Positions 12,201-24,800 of a stretch of DNA of 64,000 nt are shown here, in pieces (the first letter of the stretch is position 1; the number at the start of each line of letters is the position of its first letter). Origin of the DNA: Klebsormidium nitens. Lineage: Eukaryota > Plantae > Klebsormidiophyceae. Below the pieces are notes generated by a model. The model ran no database searches, was not told where the DNA came from, and was given only the letters and a program-made list of their open reading frames with translations. Location of the stretch: positions 65,137 through 129,136 of the forward strand of contig DF237190.1 in the NCBI GenBank assembly GCA_000708835.1, in the 5' to 3' direction. The position numbers were made by a program, and so were the translations under genes.

Positions 12201-15200
12201 AAAAGAAACATGCAACCTTTGATCCAGAGCGTGTACGGTGAGAACAACTATGTCTGAAAGTTCAGCGCACCTTCGGGCCCCAGAAGTCCCGGAACTTCTT
12301 GGCTGCCTCCTTGTCGTCTGCACTCGGCCCGACGTCGGCTAATCGGAAGGCGACATCTGGCTCTGCCAAGCTGACCCCGACCAGAACGCTGCCCTCCGCC
12401 GCTGCTGGAAGGCCCTGCGGAGCGACGTGGCATCCGGTCAGAATTTTGAATCTTAAGGAGGGAAGAGCGACGTTGTTTCAAGGGCGTCCGATTTGGGTAA
12501 GTTTTGTCCAACTTGGCGGTAATGCGTTTACGTTTCACAAAAATGCCGTTGCCTGTAAACAATCGCCAACGTTGATGGCCGCAAAACAATCTGGAAAGCG
12601 CTTAGATCAAACCCGTCCACCTTCAACGCTCACAAGAGGATCTACGATGCAATATCTCTCGAGTCCTAAAACCCATTGTCGGCGCGCATCGACTGTGGAT
12701 TCACGAGGCTTTGGTGGCGTGTAATCAAAACCGGTCGCAACGTCCCCACAAAACTCACCAGATCGGTTTCTCACCATCTCTAGTTGCCAGTTGAGGCTGC
12801 AGCTCCCACCTGCGCGTGCGCTCCCCCGGCGCTTGGGGAGCCCACAAAATTTGCAAAAATAAAAATTCACCTTCTCTAATTGCCAACTGGGCTCCAACCC
12901 CCGCCGGCGCGCGCGCACCAGAAGCGCGCGCTCCCCCAGCCCCTGGGCGACGAGCAACTCGATGCGGTCCTCCTCCGTCCGAAAGCTGCTGACATCGGAC
13001 GACGTCAGCGCGTCCGGAACGTCCGGAGTTGAAGGCTCGTCCCTGCTAACGCCGGAACTTGTCGTCACTCTGCGAAATGGGAGAAGACGTTCTGCACTCT
13101 GGGTTGGCAACTAAGTGACTTGGCCAATGTTTGTGATGAACTGCTTCAGAATTGAGGCGGAGTTCTTTATCTAAAAAACGGGAGAGGGCTCAAATGGCCA
13201 GAACCGAAGCGCCCAGACTCGGCTAGTGAGAAGTAAACAATAGCGAGCAGCCGACTTCTTTAAGCTGAAACTTGTGTTGGACGCAGTCTTTCAGTCCCAA
13301 AGTCTCCAAGTGTCTACGAGCCGCTTTAGAAACACGCTTGAAAATGCACCGCAGACACTCCATAGGAAAAGTGGTAATAGACTTTGTAAAAGCTCAGAAC
13401 TTGCAAATTTTAGTGAGCACCCACCTGACGTAGAAATCAAAGCGTTCGGCAAATGCGACAGGCGTCATGAAGAGCGCGTCAAAGGCCTCGTTGTCGTCCC
13501 CGTCGGCGACGAGCAGGGCCAGCCCGCGGGTAGCCTCTCTCGCCAGCTGCAAAACAGGGCCTCCCTACTCAGAAATGTCTTATTTGTCCTCCCTTTCTCG
13601 TTGAAGAGTGTTCTTGTGGAGCTAAGGGTTGATATGCTGACTATGAAACAAAAGTGCCTTCGGCCTACTCCCTGTAGAGGATGACCTTTTGGGGGGCACG
13701 TTACAGAGGAGAACAACCTGCAGTACCGGTCAGAAACTCCATAGAGGTCCAACGTGGCAGACCAACGGAAGTAGAACTCTGAACAAAATTGTCGTTCGAA
13801 ATAGCGGCGCTGTAGACGGCCACGAAACATGCTCCAGCATAGATCCAAGAGGAGCCCACCGATAAGTCCTAACAACCGGATTTCGTGACTATTTCTACAA
13901 TCCAACGAGGTTCTTTCGGCAAGAGGTTCAAAAAGGCCTCACCTCTGCAGCCGCAGACTTGGTGACGCGCGCAGCCAGGTTGACCCGCCCGCTCGGGTCG
14001 GCGATGACGACATCAAACGCCGCCAGCAGCGCCGCACGCTTTGCTGACGTCACGTCCGTGTGTCCGGAAGCGTCCGTCAGGAAGACGCCCTTCTCCAGCA
14101 TGGGGACGTGCGCTGCGGAGATAATCGGGCAACGCATTGATTCCGGAAGAGACACAAGGCGAAGTTCGATGTTAAGCCGACTGCAGGCGACGGTGAGGTA
14201 GATCGAAATGATATAACGAAGCTTTCGATTGACGAGGGACCGCTTGAAAGAACGATTCATGGGCAAGTTCCTCAAGCGGCACATGCGAAAGTTACACATG
14301 TCTTCAACGCTTGAAACTGGAAAAATCGAAGTGTCAGTACTCAGACTACGTGGTTTGAGGGCTTCTTGAAAAGGGAGGCCCCTCGTCGAGGTCAATTGTT
14401 AGACCCCGTCATCCACTATCTTCCAGCAATCTGAACGCCTTCCTCATCTAAGGTCCCCAAACTAAGGAGTATAATCTGACGAGATCACACATCGCAATGG
14501 GGCCCTTCAAGGCTACAAATCAATAACTCAGTGCAATGCTCACCGAGGGCGTTCAGTACGACCTTGAAGATCTGGTAGGTCGTCATGTGTGCGCCGATTT
14601 TGCGCCCTCCCGCCGCGCTGGTCAGATGGGCTGCCAGCATCGAAAGCAGGAAACCATTCACTGCGTCCGGCGCGTCATGGAACCCACGTTGCCGAGCCCA
14701 AACCTGGACGAAGAATAAGTCATAGCTTATGGATAAAGAATTGTAATCCACGAGTACGGCCGATAACCACAGAGCTGACACCTACGCCTTGCCTTCGTCC
14801 TTTCCAATCGTTTGGCGCCTTCTGGAAGCTGCCTAACCGCACCCAAACCTCGAATGACGAACCATTGCTTATGAACGGACTCGCGGGTTAAGGAGTACTA
14901 ATCGTAGCTAGTTCTTGTGCTGCAACCTGGCAAAAGCGAATGACGTAGAAGCTGCCAACGAAGAGCGTTCAAGAAACGCGCCAACTGCCACAAGGCGGCC
15001 TGCTGCGATAATCAAGGAGGCTTTGCCCGTCGTCTGGTTACTTAGATTCTGTGCAGGAACCTGCCAGAGCAGCTCGCTGGCCGCGACTCGTTTCAGGCGT
15101 CAAATCACTTTCGCTTCTCACTTGCTCGGAAGCAAGACCAATGGTGGACAGAAACACGGTATTCCGTTGTTCACTTCTGCTGGCGCTCACCTTGAGAAGC

Positions 15201-17365
15201 ACAATCGCCTCTCCCAGGGCTGGACACGTGGCAAGCGCTGATTGGAGCAGCTTTGATTGCTCTGCCAGCCCCATGTCCTCCAAAATCGAGTTGCTGTACT
15301 GCGGCGTCGGGAGCGGCTCCCCACTCTCAGTCTTTGCGTTCCGAAGATTGTTCCGCTTTGGCGCGAGCTTAACGGTGTCGAAAGTACCCTGGTCAATTGT
15401 CGGGATGATACGGACGACGAACTTTGTTGTAGCGCCAGTCTCTGATTTGCCTGCAGGAGAAACGCCATTCTTTGAGTTGTGTAGGACCGTCAGATTCCCA
15501 CTCTCGTTCGCTCTGTCGAGTTAGCTACGGGACAGACACTTGGCTACGCTAGATTTGCCCTCAGACATTTTTCGTGACCACGTTGAGCTAGCAGGATTCG
15601 TGGAGAGTGGAAAAAGCACAGAGTACCTCTGACAGACCTGCCAGCATTCAGTTCTCGCCAGATCATACGGATGAGTATTGTTCGAAAGCAGAAAGCAGGA
15701 AACTTCGAAGCTGCCTCATGGGATCAATGATTATTCAACCACCTTCTTCTGCACCTTTTGCCAGCCTGATTGAAGCGAAGGCAACCCGCTTGAGCACAGC
15801 ATAGTCAATACTCCAATTGATCGCTGGGTGTCAACCCACGCAACCGACTGAGAGAATGATAATTTCCGGAAGGAGAGCAAGCCACACGTACCTGGTGTAA
15901 GGACGAGGATGGGCTTTCTCGCGTCCCCCCTGAATGGGACCACCTTAGCAGACTCGAATGCCTTACACTCCGCTTCAAGAATCTTTGCAAGTCCAGCAAG
16001 ATACAGGGCCCTTTTCGCATGGTAGCGGTGGTTGAGATAATCCTTTTCATGGAAGAACGCCTGCGAACAAGGATGCCAAACTATTTTTGTTCTTATTTTA
16101 GTATGATGTCTGGGGGCGTGGTTGTACCACCATTTGCTGATATCAAACGCTATTCCGAAAGAAGTTCCTTGAGATCCATATGCTGACTTCACGGCTAGCA
16201 CTCACAATCATCACATTCACACTCTGTGCAACGGAGGGCAAATAGACCATCCGCCATCAAGAAGCCTGCCTCGAACCGACTCGCCTTTAATGCTCAACCA
16301 CAGCTTTAAAGATAGCAGATTGCACAGTGAAGAGTTAATCCCAGATGCCCCTCAAGCCTCTAACAAAAGGGTGGTGCAAATCATGATGGCAGGGTGGTGC
16401 AGAATGTAATGCACTCCAAAGCAAAGGAAAGGTAGCCCCGGTGCCACCACCAAATTACATTCTCACGTTCCAGGAAAAGCATATTCTTTTCTTACTTGAA
16501 TCATCCCTCATAGGCGCTTGGCTATACCACCACTTACCTTGGGGATTTCAACCGCCACATCCACATTTTGCACCGGTTTTGCCACCGTTTTTCCAACGAA
16601 GCTGCCTACAACCTCTACCCTCGCCGGCCGCATAAGCCTCAACCCTTGCAGCTTTGCCGCAGGCACCCCAAGTGCGGCTGCATAGCCGCTAACTAAGTTT
16701 GGGGACAAAGGGGCACCGGGCTCTGGAATGGAGTCGAGGAAGATCTTGAGGGCTTGGAGGGCACCGCCGATGACCGCCGCTTTTGAGTAATCCACGGTAA
16801 CCTCCTTCAGCATTTCAGTGACCTGCCAGAGGGGGAAAACTTAGCCGGCGATACTTTGAACTTTGTACTGCATTGGTTCAATTCTGTCAAATTTAAGACT
16901 GAGCGTAGCTTAACCAGTGCCAAACCGCTTACAAATTCTGGCCCACAATGAACACACCGGAGCGGTGGACAACTCTAGCTGGGAACCCCTGTCTGAGGCA
17001 TGAATGTTTGTAAGAACGTTCTAGAAAGTACCATCCCTGGTAATGGTCTAACCAGCGAACTCGCACCAGCATTGAATTGACGATGGCATGGTTTTGCATG
17101 AGCTGAGGAATCATCGTAGTAGGTATTTGGCAATCGAAGAAAGTCAGCACACTTGAGCACTTACTTGCAACCTGAAGAGGCTGGACTTAAATGTGGCCTG
17201 AATCTGCTTGAGATCCTCATTGCTTCCCCTTTCCTTCTTTTCTTTGACCCCGTTGCCCGCCACATGCTGTGCATTCTTGCCATTGCCTTCAGCGCTCGCA
17301 CGAGCCTCATCATTTGTGACAGCCGGAGCGGTCTCCCCACTGGGCTGCTTTCGTTTGGCACCCAT
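3210..17365 (-). CDS. NOL6: Nucleolar protein 6 / U3 snoRNA-associated protein 22 (Nrap family), 18 exons, 1155 aa
   Basis: Hand-spliced exons (minus): 17365-17165, 16822-16538, 16060-15892, 15450-15191, 14703-14544, 14112-13943, 13546-13425, 13069-12871, 12414-12271, 11767-11575, 10643-10530, 8443-8221, 7905-7630, 6915-6778, 6369-6273, 5494-5174, 4308-4180, 3476-3210. All junctions are GT-AG, phases agree and the total is 3468 nt. Nrap-type motifs: VVGSF, FHEKDYLNHRYHAKRALYL, FWGPKAELRRFRDGLIAE, LSKRLRGLTDLPLKVVSVQP, VFPPQPHPL, LEGSGRWPD, LAKRWVSNH, LLVGFDP. Confidence 0.96.
3884..4053 (+). repeat. Diverged ~118-bp tandem duplication in the last NOL6 intron
   Basis: AAAGCTGCGACTTATGGTGCCGGCCAATTT (3898) versus AAAGCTGCAACTTCTGGTGCCGGCCGATTT (4016). 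Confidence 0.65.
10689..10712 (+). repeat. Interstitial telomere-type repeat (TTTTAGGG)x3 in NOL6 intron 10
   Basis: Three perfect TTTTAGGG units, ~45 nt from the acceptor at 10644. Confidence 0.85.
10945..11630 (-). repeat. Degenerate ~155-bp tandem array: four copies of the 3' end and donor site of NOL6 exon 10, plus the real exon end
   Basis: The core CACCTG(T/C)GCC...TTCGTCGAGCTGCCC..GACG.C recurs at ~10950, 11105, 11257, 11424 and 11572 (the true exon end). Spacings are ~155, 152, 167 and 148. Confidence 0.8.
11872..11933 (-). repeat. Degenerate copy of the acceptor and 5' end of NOL6 exon 10
   Basis: cgcag|GCCGAGCTTCGCCGCTTCCGCAAAGGCCGGATCGCAGGAATCGCTGTGTGGGACTGCC (AELRRFRKGRIAGIAVWDC) versus the exon's AELRRFRDGLIAETAVWDC, ~163 bp away. 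Confidence 0.8.
12771..12838 (-). repeat. Degenerate copy of the 3' end and donor site of NOL6 exon 8
   Basis: TCACCATCTCTAGTTGCCAGTTGAGG... versus the exon end TCACCTTCTCTAATTGCCAACTGGG...; translates ..SLNWQLEM|gt versus ..PSWQLEK|gt. Confidence 0.7.
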
Positions 17366-18147
17366 AGTTGGATTCTGACACCTTAATACTTCAGAACCTC
17401 ATGAAAGAATCCTTCTAGAAAATGTGCTGCCAAGCAGTGCAAGCATAGGCAATATGAATAAGCAGCTAGGGCGCCCTTGCCCAATCCTCTTAATACAAGT
17501 GTACAGAGAGTCCAATGCCGAGTGCTCAGCAACCACATGCAGCAACCACATGCAGCCAGCTGATCTGGAATGCCTAGAACTTCGCACTATCAAAATTGCC
17601 AAATTCCTTGTAGATAGAGAGAGAAATGCTGCTCGTATGTCATTGCAGTATGTAGAATCGAGGGGCCTTTACGCTGCTTGCGAAGCCGCTTTCTCCCACG
17701 AAGGTCTGGAGATCGGGACACATATTTACTCGACTAGAACGAGCGCAGAATTGGCTGATAAATGTGCCCTCAGAGCTCTGGAAGTGTTGCTCATGGGCAA
17801 CTGAACAGACGCAACTTCAACTTCAAGTCACGTTGGCCTGGCTTGCCACTGGGAAAAGCCCTAAGCTAGCGCCCTCAGCATCAAATTGAGGCGGGCCAAA
17901 TTGACGTGCGAACGTGAACATTTCCCTTCTTGTGATGAGATTCTGAGATCAGTTGCCGAGCAATGCTGCGGGGAAGACGTCTTCGCATGCACCCTTCATT
18001 TGTCTACGGCTTTTCCTTAGCTTGCTGGCAGCTTGCAAGCTGCAAATTTTGTGTTTGGCAGAGCTAAGAACGGAACTGATTCACGGCTCTAGTTGACTTG
18101 AACTTGTTCACGAAAGATTGCCTGAGGAAGAGCAGGTTTTGCTGCTC
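17366..18147. promoter_or_regulatory. Divergent intergenic/promoter region shared by NOL6 and LYRM1
   Basis: The two start codons lie 782 bp apart in head-to-head orientation. Specific cis-elements are not confidently identified. Confidence 0.5.
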
Positions 18148-19897
18148 ATGGGAAGCCCTGCCCTGCGGAGCCAGGCCCTCAGTCTGTACCGAAGGATACT
18201 GAGGGCCGCTCGGACCTGGCCTGGGCCACAGGAGGAGGTCAACTACATTCGTGTGAGTGTGATATTTGCAAACTGCTTTCATGTACTTTGTGGCGGGGCA
18301 CCTCGTAATCTCTGGTGCTGTGGTGAGGTTGAGGTATGTTTGTTGTTGGGAACAGTCTGGTGTGTATGCTCTATGAGCTGCAACTTGCAGAACCGCACCG
18401 TGTTGTTAATAATGAGGTCTATGAGATCTACTAACGGGGGTTCTCAACCGCTGCCTTAAGGTTTGTGTGATTCTTGTTTATGGTGGTCTCCACTACCTAG
18501 TAGCTAGTCCAACAACAGAAGTGAGGTGTCCGGTTTGCGCCTGTTCTATTCTCAGGATAGCGGGGGGCAAGATGACAATCTGAATGAAACCACACAGTGA
18601 AAGAAGGAACCCACAGTTTGTCAGTGTTGCTGAAGATGAAAACACACCCATCTAACGTTATGTTCTCGTCACCACTTGTTGGTCTGTCATGTTTACGTGA
18701 TTGGCAAAAGAGTTCTACAGAGGGACAACTTCCGAAATTGCAGAAGCAGATTGAATGAAAGGCCTATCTTATGGGAATCGGATTGGGTAATATTGGACTC
18801 GTTGTTGTTGTGCTCCGTGAGCCCATCTCAAACAACATGCCCTCCCATTCCACAGAATGAAGCTCAATCCACGTTCCGGCAGAACCGAGCGCTTGATGAT
18901 GCTACAGAGATTGGAAAGCAGGTAAATTTCCAAGATTCAGTTGCTTACCTACTCCAATTCTTCCTTCCTCTGCTCCTTCCACTGCGGTTTTGATTGATCC
19001 CATGGATTGAAAAGTTTGCTTTGCTGTTCACACTGAAAGGCTAGTGCTGTTCACCAGAGTACGCCCGGACTTCGGAACCTAGCCCAGCCGGCACTCTGCA
19101 CTGAGAAGCGGTTCTTCTAGAGAATTCTTGAGAGACTGCAGCAAGGGACCAAGCTTCACTAAATGGGATGTAGGATAGCATCCTCACCTCCTCGATGTCG
19201 AAACTGATGATCTTTGCTTTGTTTTGATTACAAAGTGTACCTGCTTCCAATCGCCCCCACGCGCTCTTTTTCGAAATCTCATCATGTCTGCTTGAATTGG
19301 CAGGTTACTGTGCAGAGCAGTCACAGTGGTTCCTTCGGGTAGTCTATGGTCAAAAGCTTATATGCCATCTTTTATAAGTATTGTAAAAGATTTGCAGACC
19401 ATTTTGATCAGAGTTGTGCGCGACCGTTCGTTCTGCGTACCCTCCTTTTGTCTTGACTCTTCACCAACATCTGCTTTAAACCCATTGAGTATATGGTGTG
19501 AAGCGTCTCTTTGACGATCCAGATAGAAGTCCGGCTCTTTGAGAAGGACCTGAATCTGCGACCGCAGAATCAAATTTTACGTTTTCAGCCTTTGTCTACT
19601 TGCCTGGAACAATCTTTGTAGCACACTCGTGAAACTTGACGCCTAACGTCCCTGACTCTCTCTCTCACATCAATCTTCCGTCAATCCTTTCCTCTCTATC
19701 GTTCCACACAGATCGAGGAGGGAGAGCACCGCCTAGAGTATGCACTGCACTACCATATCCCGTATCCCCGCTTGCACAACCTTCCCACCGGGACCTTTCA
19801 AAGAAGCCGGCACAGAAAAGCGAAGCCCGCGTATGAGGTCAGCCTCCTTGCACCTGATTTCTTCACAGAGTCATATCGACGCCATTTATCGAAGTGA
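18148..19897 (+). CDS. LYRM1: LYR motif-containing protein 1 (Complex1_LYR family), 3 exons, ~118 aa
   Basis: Exons 18148-18252, 18856-18921 and 19712-19897 are all phase 0 with GT-AG junctions. Translation: MGSPALRSQALSLYRRILRAARTW...YIR|NEAQSTFRQNRALDD...KQ|IEEGEHRLEYALHYHIPYPRLHNLP. The LYR motif and the LHYxIPYPR signature match LYRM1 as I recall it. The exact 3' end is less certain. Confidence 0.9.
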
Positions 19898-21899
19898 AGT
19901 TGACTCTACAAAGTCCCATTGTTGCCACTTTTCAAATTGAGAGTCGATTCAAAAGAGTCCCATCGGCGCCACTTACCATTTGAGAGTTGAGCTTAAGAAG
20001 TTTCGTTCTTCCAGGTGTAAGGCAAACTTCTTGGTTCTAAGTCGTAGATAGAGTGTACATGTCTCTTCAGATTGGAATTTGTGACTTTGATGAGTGGAGG
20101 CGCTTCCCAACAGTCTTGGTCATAATTGTGGTGAACCAAACTCTTGGAATTGTCCAGTTGGAAGCTCCCGATCCGCTTGCCCTTGCTTCAGGTTTCAAAG
20201 CAGCTGCGCTAATCGCCGAAGCTCTTCGAGCTGACTTGTTCTCAAGGGCTCGCCTGGAAAACTGGTTATCGGAAGGCAGGTGGAGTCAATTGCTGGTCGG
20301 ACCACCGGCGGATTCGCCTTACCGTAGTCAATTATTCATTTCTCTTTTACTCTTTGTTTCTGATCTCGATATTTCTGACCAAGCAGCTCGTAGTGTCTTT
20401 CCTAACCGGTTGAGTGATTCGCGTGCGTGTAGCCGCCTTCTATGGCTATGGGCAGCCTCAAAGATCTCGAAAACGAGCAGGGCGCCAGCCGATAGCTATC
20501 GAGCAGGTCAGGGTTCCTAGAACGACGTAGAGCGTGCGGCCTTGGGTTTGAACAAGTGTAGACCTATAGCTTTTGGATTTTGTCAGGACCGACACCCTGT
20601 AGGCTGAAGTACAGCAATGCATTTGAGGTAAACGTGCACTACCGAGGAGCACCCACGTGCATGCAATAAATATCCGGATAAGAATGACGGGCAGTCCCGT
20701 CCGTCTCATCCCGCTGGGGCGGACCATGAGAAGAACTAATCAACTGGAATCGAAGCGATACCATCGAAAACGAGGGGCAAGTTGGCGAGATGAGAGTATC
20801 CTGCTTCACTGCCGGCCCCGGCTTTCTATTTATGGCCTCTCAGTCTACGTGTCAGAACACATATACCTAGGCAAGATGCGGCATGCCCGAAAGTGATATC
20901 CTCAGCGTCCCGGTCCAACCGTTGCCATCTGGATACGGACGGTTCACGTGCAGAAACGCAGGTTGCTGTAGGTACCGCTGCATGGAAGTGTACCCTTAAT
21001 TTGCGAAGGCCGGCTGGGGCCTGTGGGTTTCATTAAACCGTTGAGGGTCACTGAACAGATGGCCTTTGCCAGGCACCATCTACTAGTTGCAACTACTCCG
21101 GGGTGTAGCAGAACTTTAATCCCGGTATCATTGATATACTGAGATTCGACATGGTTGCCAGGATTCCAACTTGGCATGTAGCCTGCATGGCGGCTCGCGC
21201 ATGGTGTATGTTTTACAAGTCCCATAGGCAGTTACATCAAACATGGGACTTTCATGCATTTTTTTGGATCTGTCCAGTCGCATGCATCTAGCTATTCTTC
21301 GCATCTTTGGGCTGCCAGGGGTGCCAGCAGCTAATCCCGACGCGTTCATGCTTTCAAAGATCATTGGCGTTTGAGCGCCTTTGAGAGCTGAGTACCGCTA
21401 TGCGGGTGCAAGCGGAATGTGCGCCGCGCAGGGTGATGGCGACAAACCTGTACGTAAGTTTGCCAGACACATAGCATTTTGCCTGCTTGATATTATAGCT
21501 GGGCGGCCTTGTATTGCTCGCGATCACTAGTCTCCCCAACAAGAAGTTCACACCGTCATCGACACATCCACCCGACCTGCTGCCCTCACCCAGGAAGAGA
21601 TGATCGACCTACTGTTAAACAAACTCAGAAATGTTTCGATCTTGGTCCGGCTTGTGTAAGGGTGATCAGCCAGACTCTTTCTACAGTCAAGAGTATGAAA
21701 GGTCACCTGCTAACATAAGCGCTGACTAGATTCCGGTAACGATAGCGCCTCCTGTGCTACACGGCAGAAAGGATGTACTGAAGGTAGTGAGTTTCACTGA
21801 CCCGAGTTGTGCATTACTCACGGATCTTAACGATGCCGAAGCCCCATTTTCTCGTGGACGCATGGTCGAAGTACCATTCCTCATCCAGATCCAGGCCGG

Positions 21900-24800
21900 T
21901 CAGGCTTTTGAACCCTTCTTCAACCTCTTGCGCTCCGATCCTAGCTGGCATAGCTGCAAAAAGAAGGAGACATTAGACTGTCCGACCTTGCAAAGAAGAG
22001 AGGATGAACTGCAAACGAGCCTACTTGGTTGCTCTGTTGGAAGGGATCAATGCTTCTTTGGTCGGTGGAGATAGGAAAACGGCGATCTTAATGTTGAGAG
22101 TGGAATTATGGACCTGAGAAGGGCTATTGATTCGCGAGAACTGGCGAGCGTGTCGAAGGTGTGCATTGTCCAGACGATATCTGCATATTAGTCCACCTGC
22201 TGAAGGGTTTCGTTTCTTTCAGGCTGATCCATTTCAAAATATCCTCAAGAAACATCGTTCGATAACAGATTCGAGCCGGCAGATCAGAGTACGTTGTAAC
22301 CCTAAGCAGCATCGTCACTGGTCTGGCTCAGAATGTTTCTGAGAAACCACAAAGTAAAGTCGTCGGAGATTGTCAAACGGAGCAGGGAAATAATTGAAGC
22401 CGTCGGGGAAGTGTTGAAGAAGCGAAGAGTTAAGAAGTGTTGAACCTCACCGGGCGATCCTCTTCCTCTTCGGAGGCTGCTTGTTCTTCCCTGGCTTCGT
22501 CAACCTTCTCCAGGTAATCATACACCTGCAACCAACACACAGAATTTTAGACGGAGAGGCTCACGTTTTCACGCTCAAGCACCTTCTTTATGCGAAGGCA
22601 GCAAAGAGCCCCCACGAAGCTCTTGCTTTACCGCATGAAAACTGACTCTGATACCACTGAAATGAGGATCCTTTCTGCTAATTTATTGCTCCTGTGAGAT
22701 TTGTGTGCACTGAAAAGGGCTTGGACAGACTCTTTAGACCATAAGATTGCGTCAAGATTCCGTTCTTGATATCACGGTCTAAAATCGCAACCGTAAAAAC
22801 TCGAAGAAACTCTCTTGCAACGCACGTTGCATCGCCCGAACCAAAACAGGTCTGAAATAATATTTTTACGAAGTCGATGACTGGGGGACCAATCTAGTTA
22901 CCTCCACAAGTGACCGGAAGCGCTTTCCTTGTGGAGTCTTGTAGTAGCTGTCTACCTTTCCTGCAAAAGATTGAAAAAAACATTCTCAAATTTATATGGG
23001 AGGAACCAGCTTGCCCCTCTAATGGCGAAGTTCCGCACCTCCAATTTGTGTTGCAGTTTCGAATTCTACGACAGGAGCAGGAATCTTTGGAGGTGAGGGG
23101 GCCGGCAATTATTTGACATTGCTGCCAGTCTTGCTTGGAAGTTGAAGGCGCACAAACAATCCAGATCTCCGCCGAAGCGAACCGAGCTTGACTCTTATCG
23201 GATACGACAAACGGACGTTTCATAAAGCTTGCAGAAGGTTCGGCTGATACAAACAACCCGAAGTGCTCCACCCAGCTGGATTGCTTTCCAACAAGGCTCC
23301 TCTTCGAAACGGAAATCTGTTCCGGCCACACCGACATAGACGAGACAAAGCATTAGCCAGCGTGTCGTCTCGATTTGCAACTGTTGCGCAACCCACCCGC
23401 AGTGCGTCCCTCCTGGCGCTCCGACGTGTAGTTCGGCCATCCCTCCTCCTCCATTCTCTCCAGCACCGCACTCTTCTGCGCCGGCGTCAGGTGCGGCCGC
23501 GCGCCGCAGCCGCGGCCGCGCTCCTCGCCGCGCGCCATGGGCTGCTCCCCGTCGAAGAACTGCTGGAGCTTGACCAGGCTGTCCCCGTAGATGTAGTACT
23601 TGTCCACTCGGTCGCCCGTCTTGCGCGGCTTGTACTCGATTCGGACGCCGTCCGGCAGCGCGGACGCCTCGTAGTCGCGGAGCGCCGTTCGAAAGGCGTC
23701 CGGCGACGCGCCGTACAGCGCGCACAGCCGCTCCAGGCACCAGCCCACCTCGAGCGCCTGCCAGGGCTTGGGCGCCGTTCCGCTTCCGTTCTCGTAGCGA
23801 TCGTGTTCGTTTTCCTTTCCGTTTCCGCTGCTACTCTCGTCCCCGGATCCTCTTCCGCTTCCGTTTGCGTTTCCGTTCAGGCATGCATCTTTATTTCCGC
23901 TGTCCTCTTCTCCAGGCGGCTGTTCTGCCGACCTAGCGCTGCCGGACAATGGCCTCGAATCTTCTTTCCGGTACGTCCCACTTTTCCGCTCTTCCGGTCG
24001 GAGGCTGATCTTTCCGGTCTGCCCTCCGTCGTACCGGACCTCGAAAACCGACTGCCGGGTCACCATGCGCGCTCCACTGGCAAGAGGACCTCTCAGGATG
24101 ATCCCCCGCTTCACGACAAACGTCCCCTCAGTATCATCCCATATCTGCTTCACAAACCGCTGGCCCGCGCAACCACTCCCCAAGGGAGTTTCCTCGGTTC
24201 CCGCCCCGCTTTGATCTCCGATCTCAGAACCGGCCTCTTTCTCTGGAAGCTTCTCGTCTTTCACCGTGGATTGTTCGACGTTGGTTTTGGGCGTCCTTGT
24301 TGTGTTCGGCAGGTCCGAACGGCGTGCTTTTCTGCCCCAAAGAGACTCCTTCGCTTCTTGGCGGGCTTGCGCACGATTGAGTATGCCGGCGATGATCTCC
24401 CGGTCGGCCGCCGTGCGCGCGCGGAGTGTGGGGGTTGCGCGCGAGCGTTGGTAGAATTGGGTGACCGCCTGAATGAAAAGCATGTTTCCACACGTAAATG
24501 GTAGCCGTGTGTGTTCCGAAAGACTGGTGGCTGCAGATCAATCATGGAAAAAGATTTATAAAAGTACGCTGCCGGAAATTGAACAGACACTGAGTTCACG
24601 AGCAAATCGAACGACTACTCGAAGAACACAATAGTCTAGTAAAGCTGAAGCGTTGGACGAAAGACAGATGAACATAATTTGATCTCAAGGGCCAACGAAC
24701 GTCTCATCGAATGAGAGCGTGAGACCTCAAAGGTGTCTAATATCTCCATACACAGATAAGAAGACAACTAGATAAAGTATCAATACAACAAAGTTACCCG

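Noticed and set aside
23263-24504. Long plus-strand ORF (413 aa), and similar long ORFs at 4874-5587, 32819-33631, 39434-40141 and 45137-45700
   Set aside because: These are largely antisense shadows of GC-rich exons on the other strand, with low-complexity translations and no motifs.
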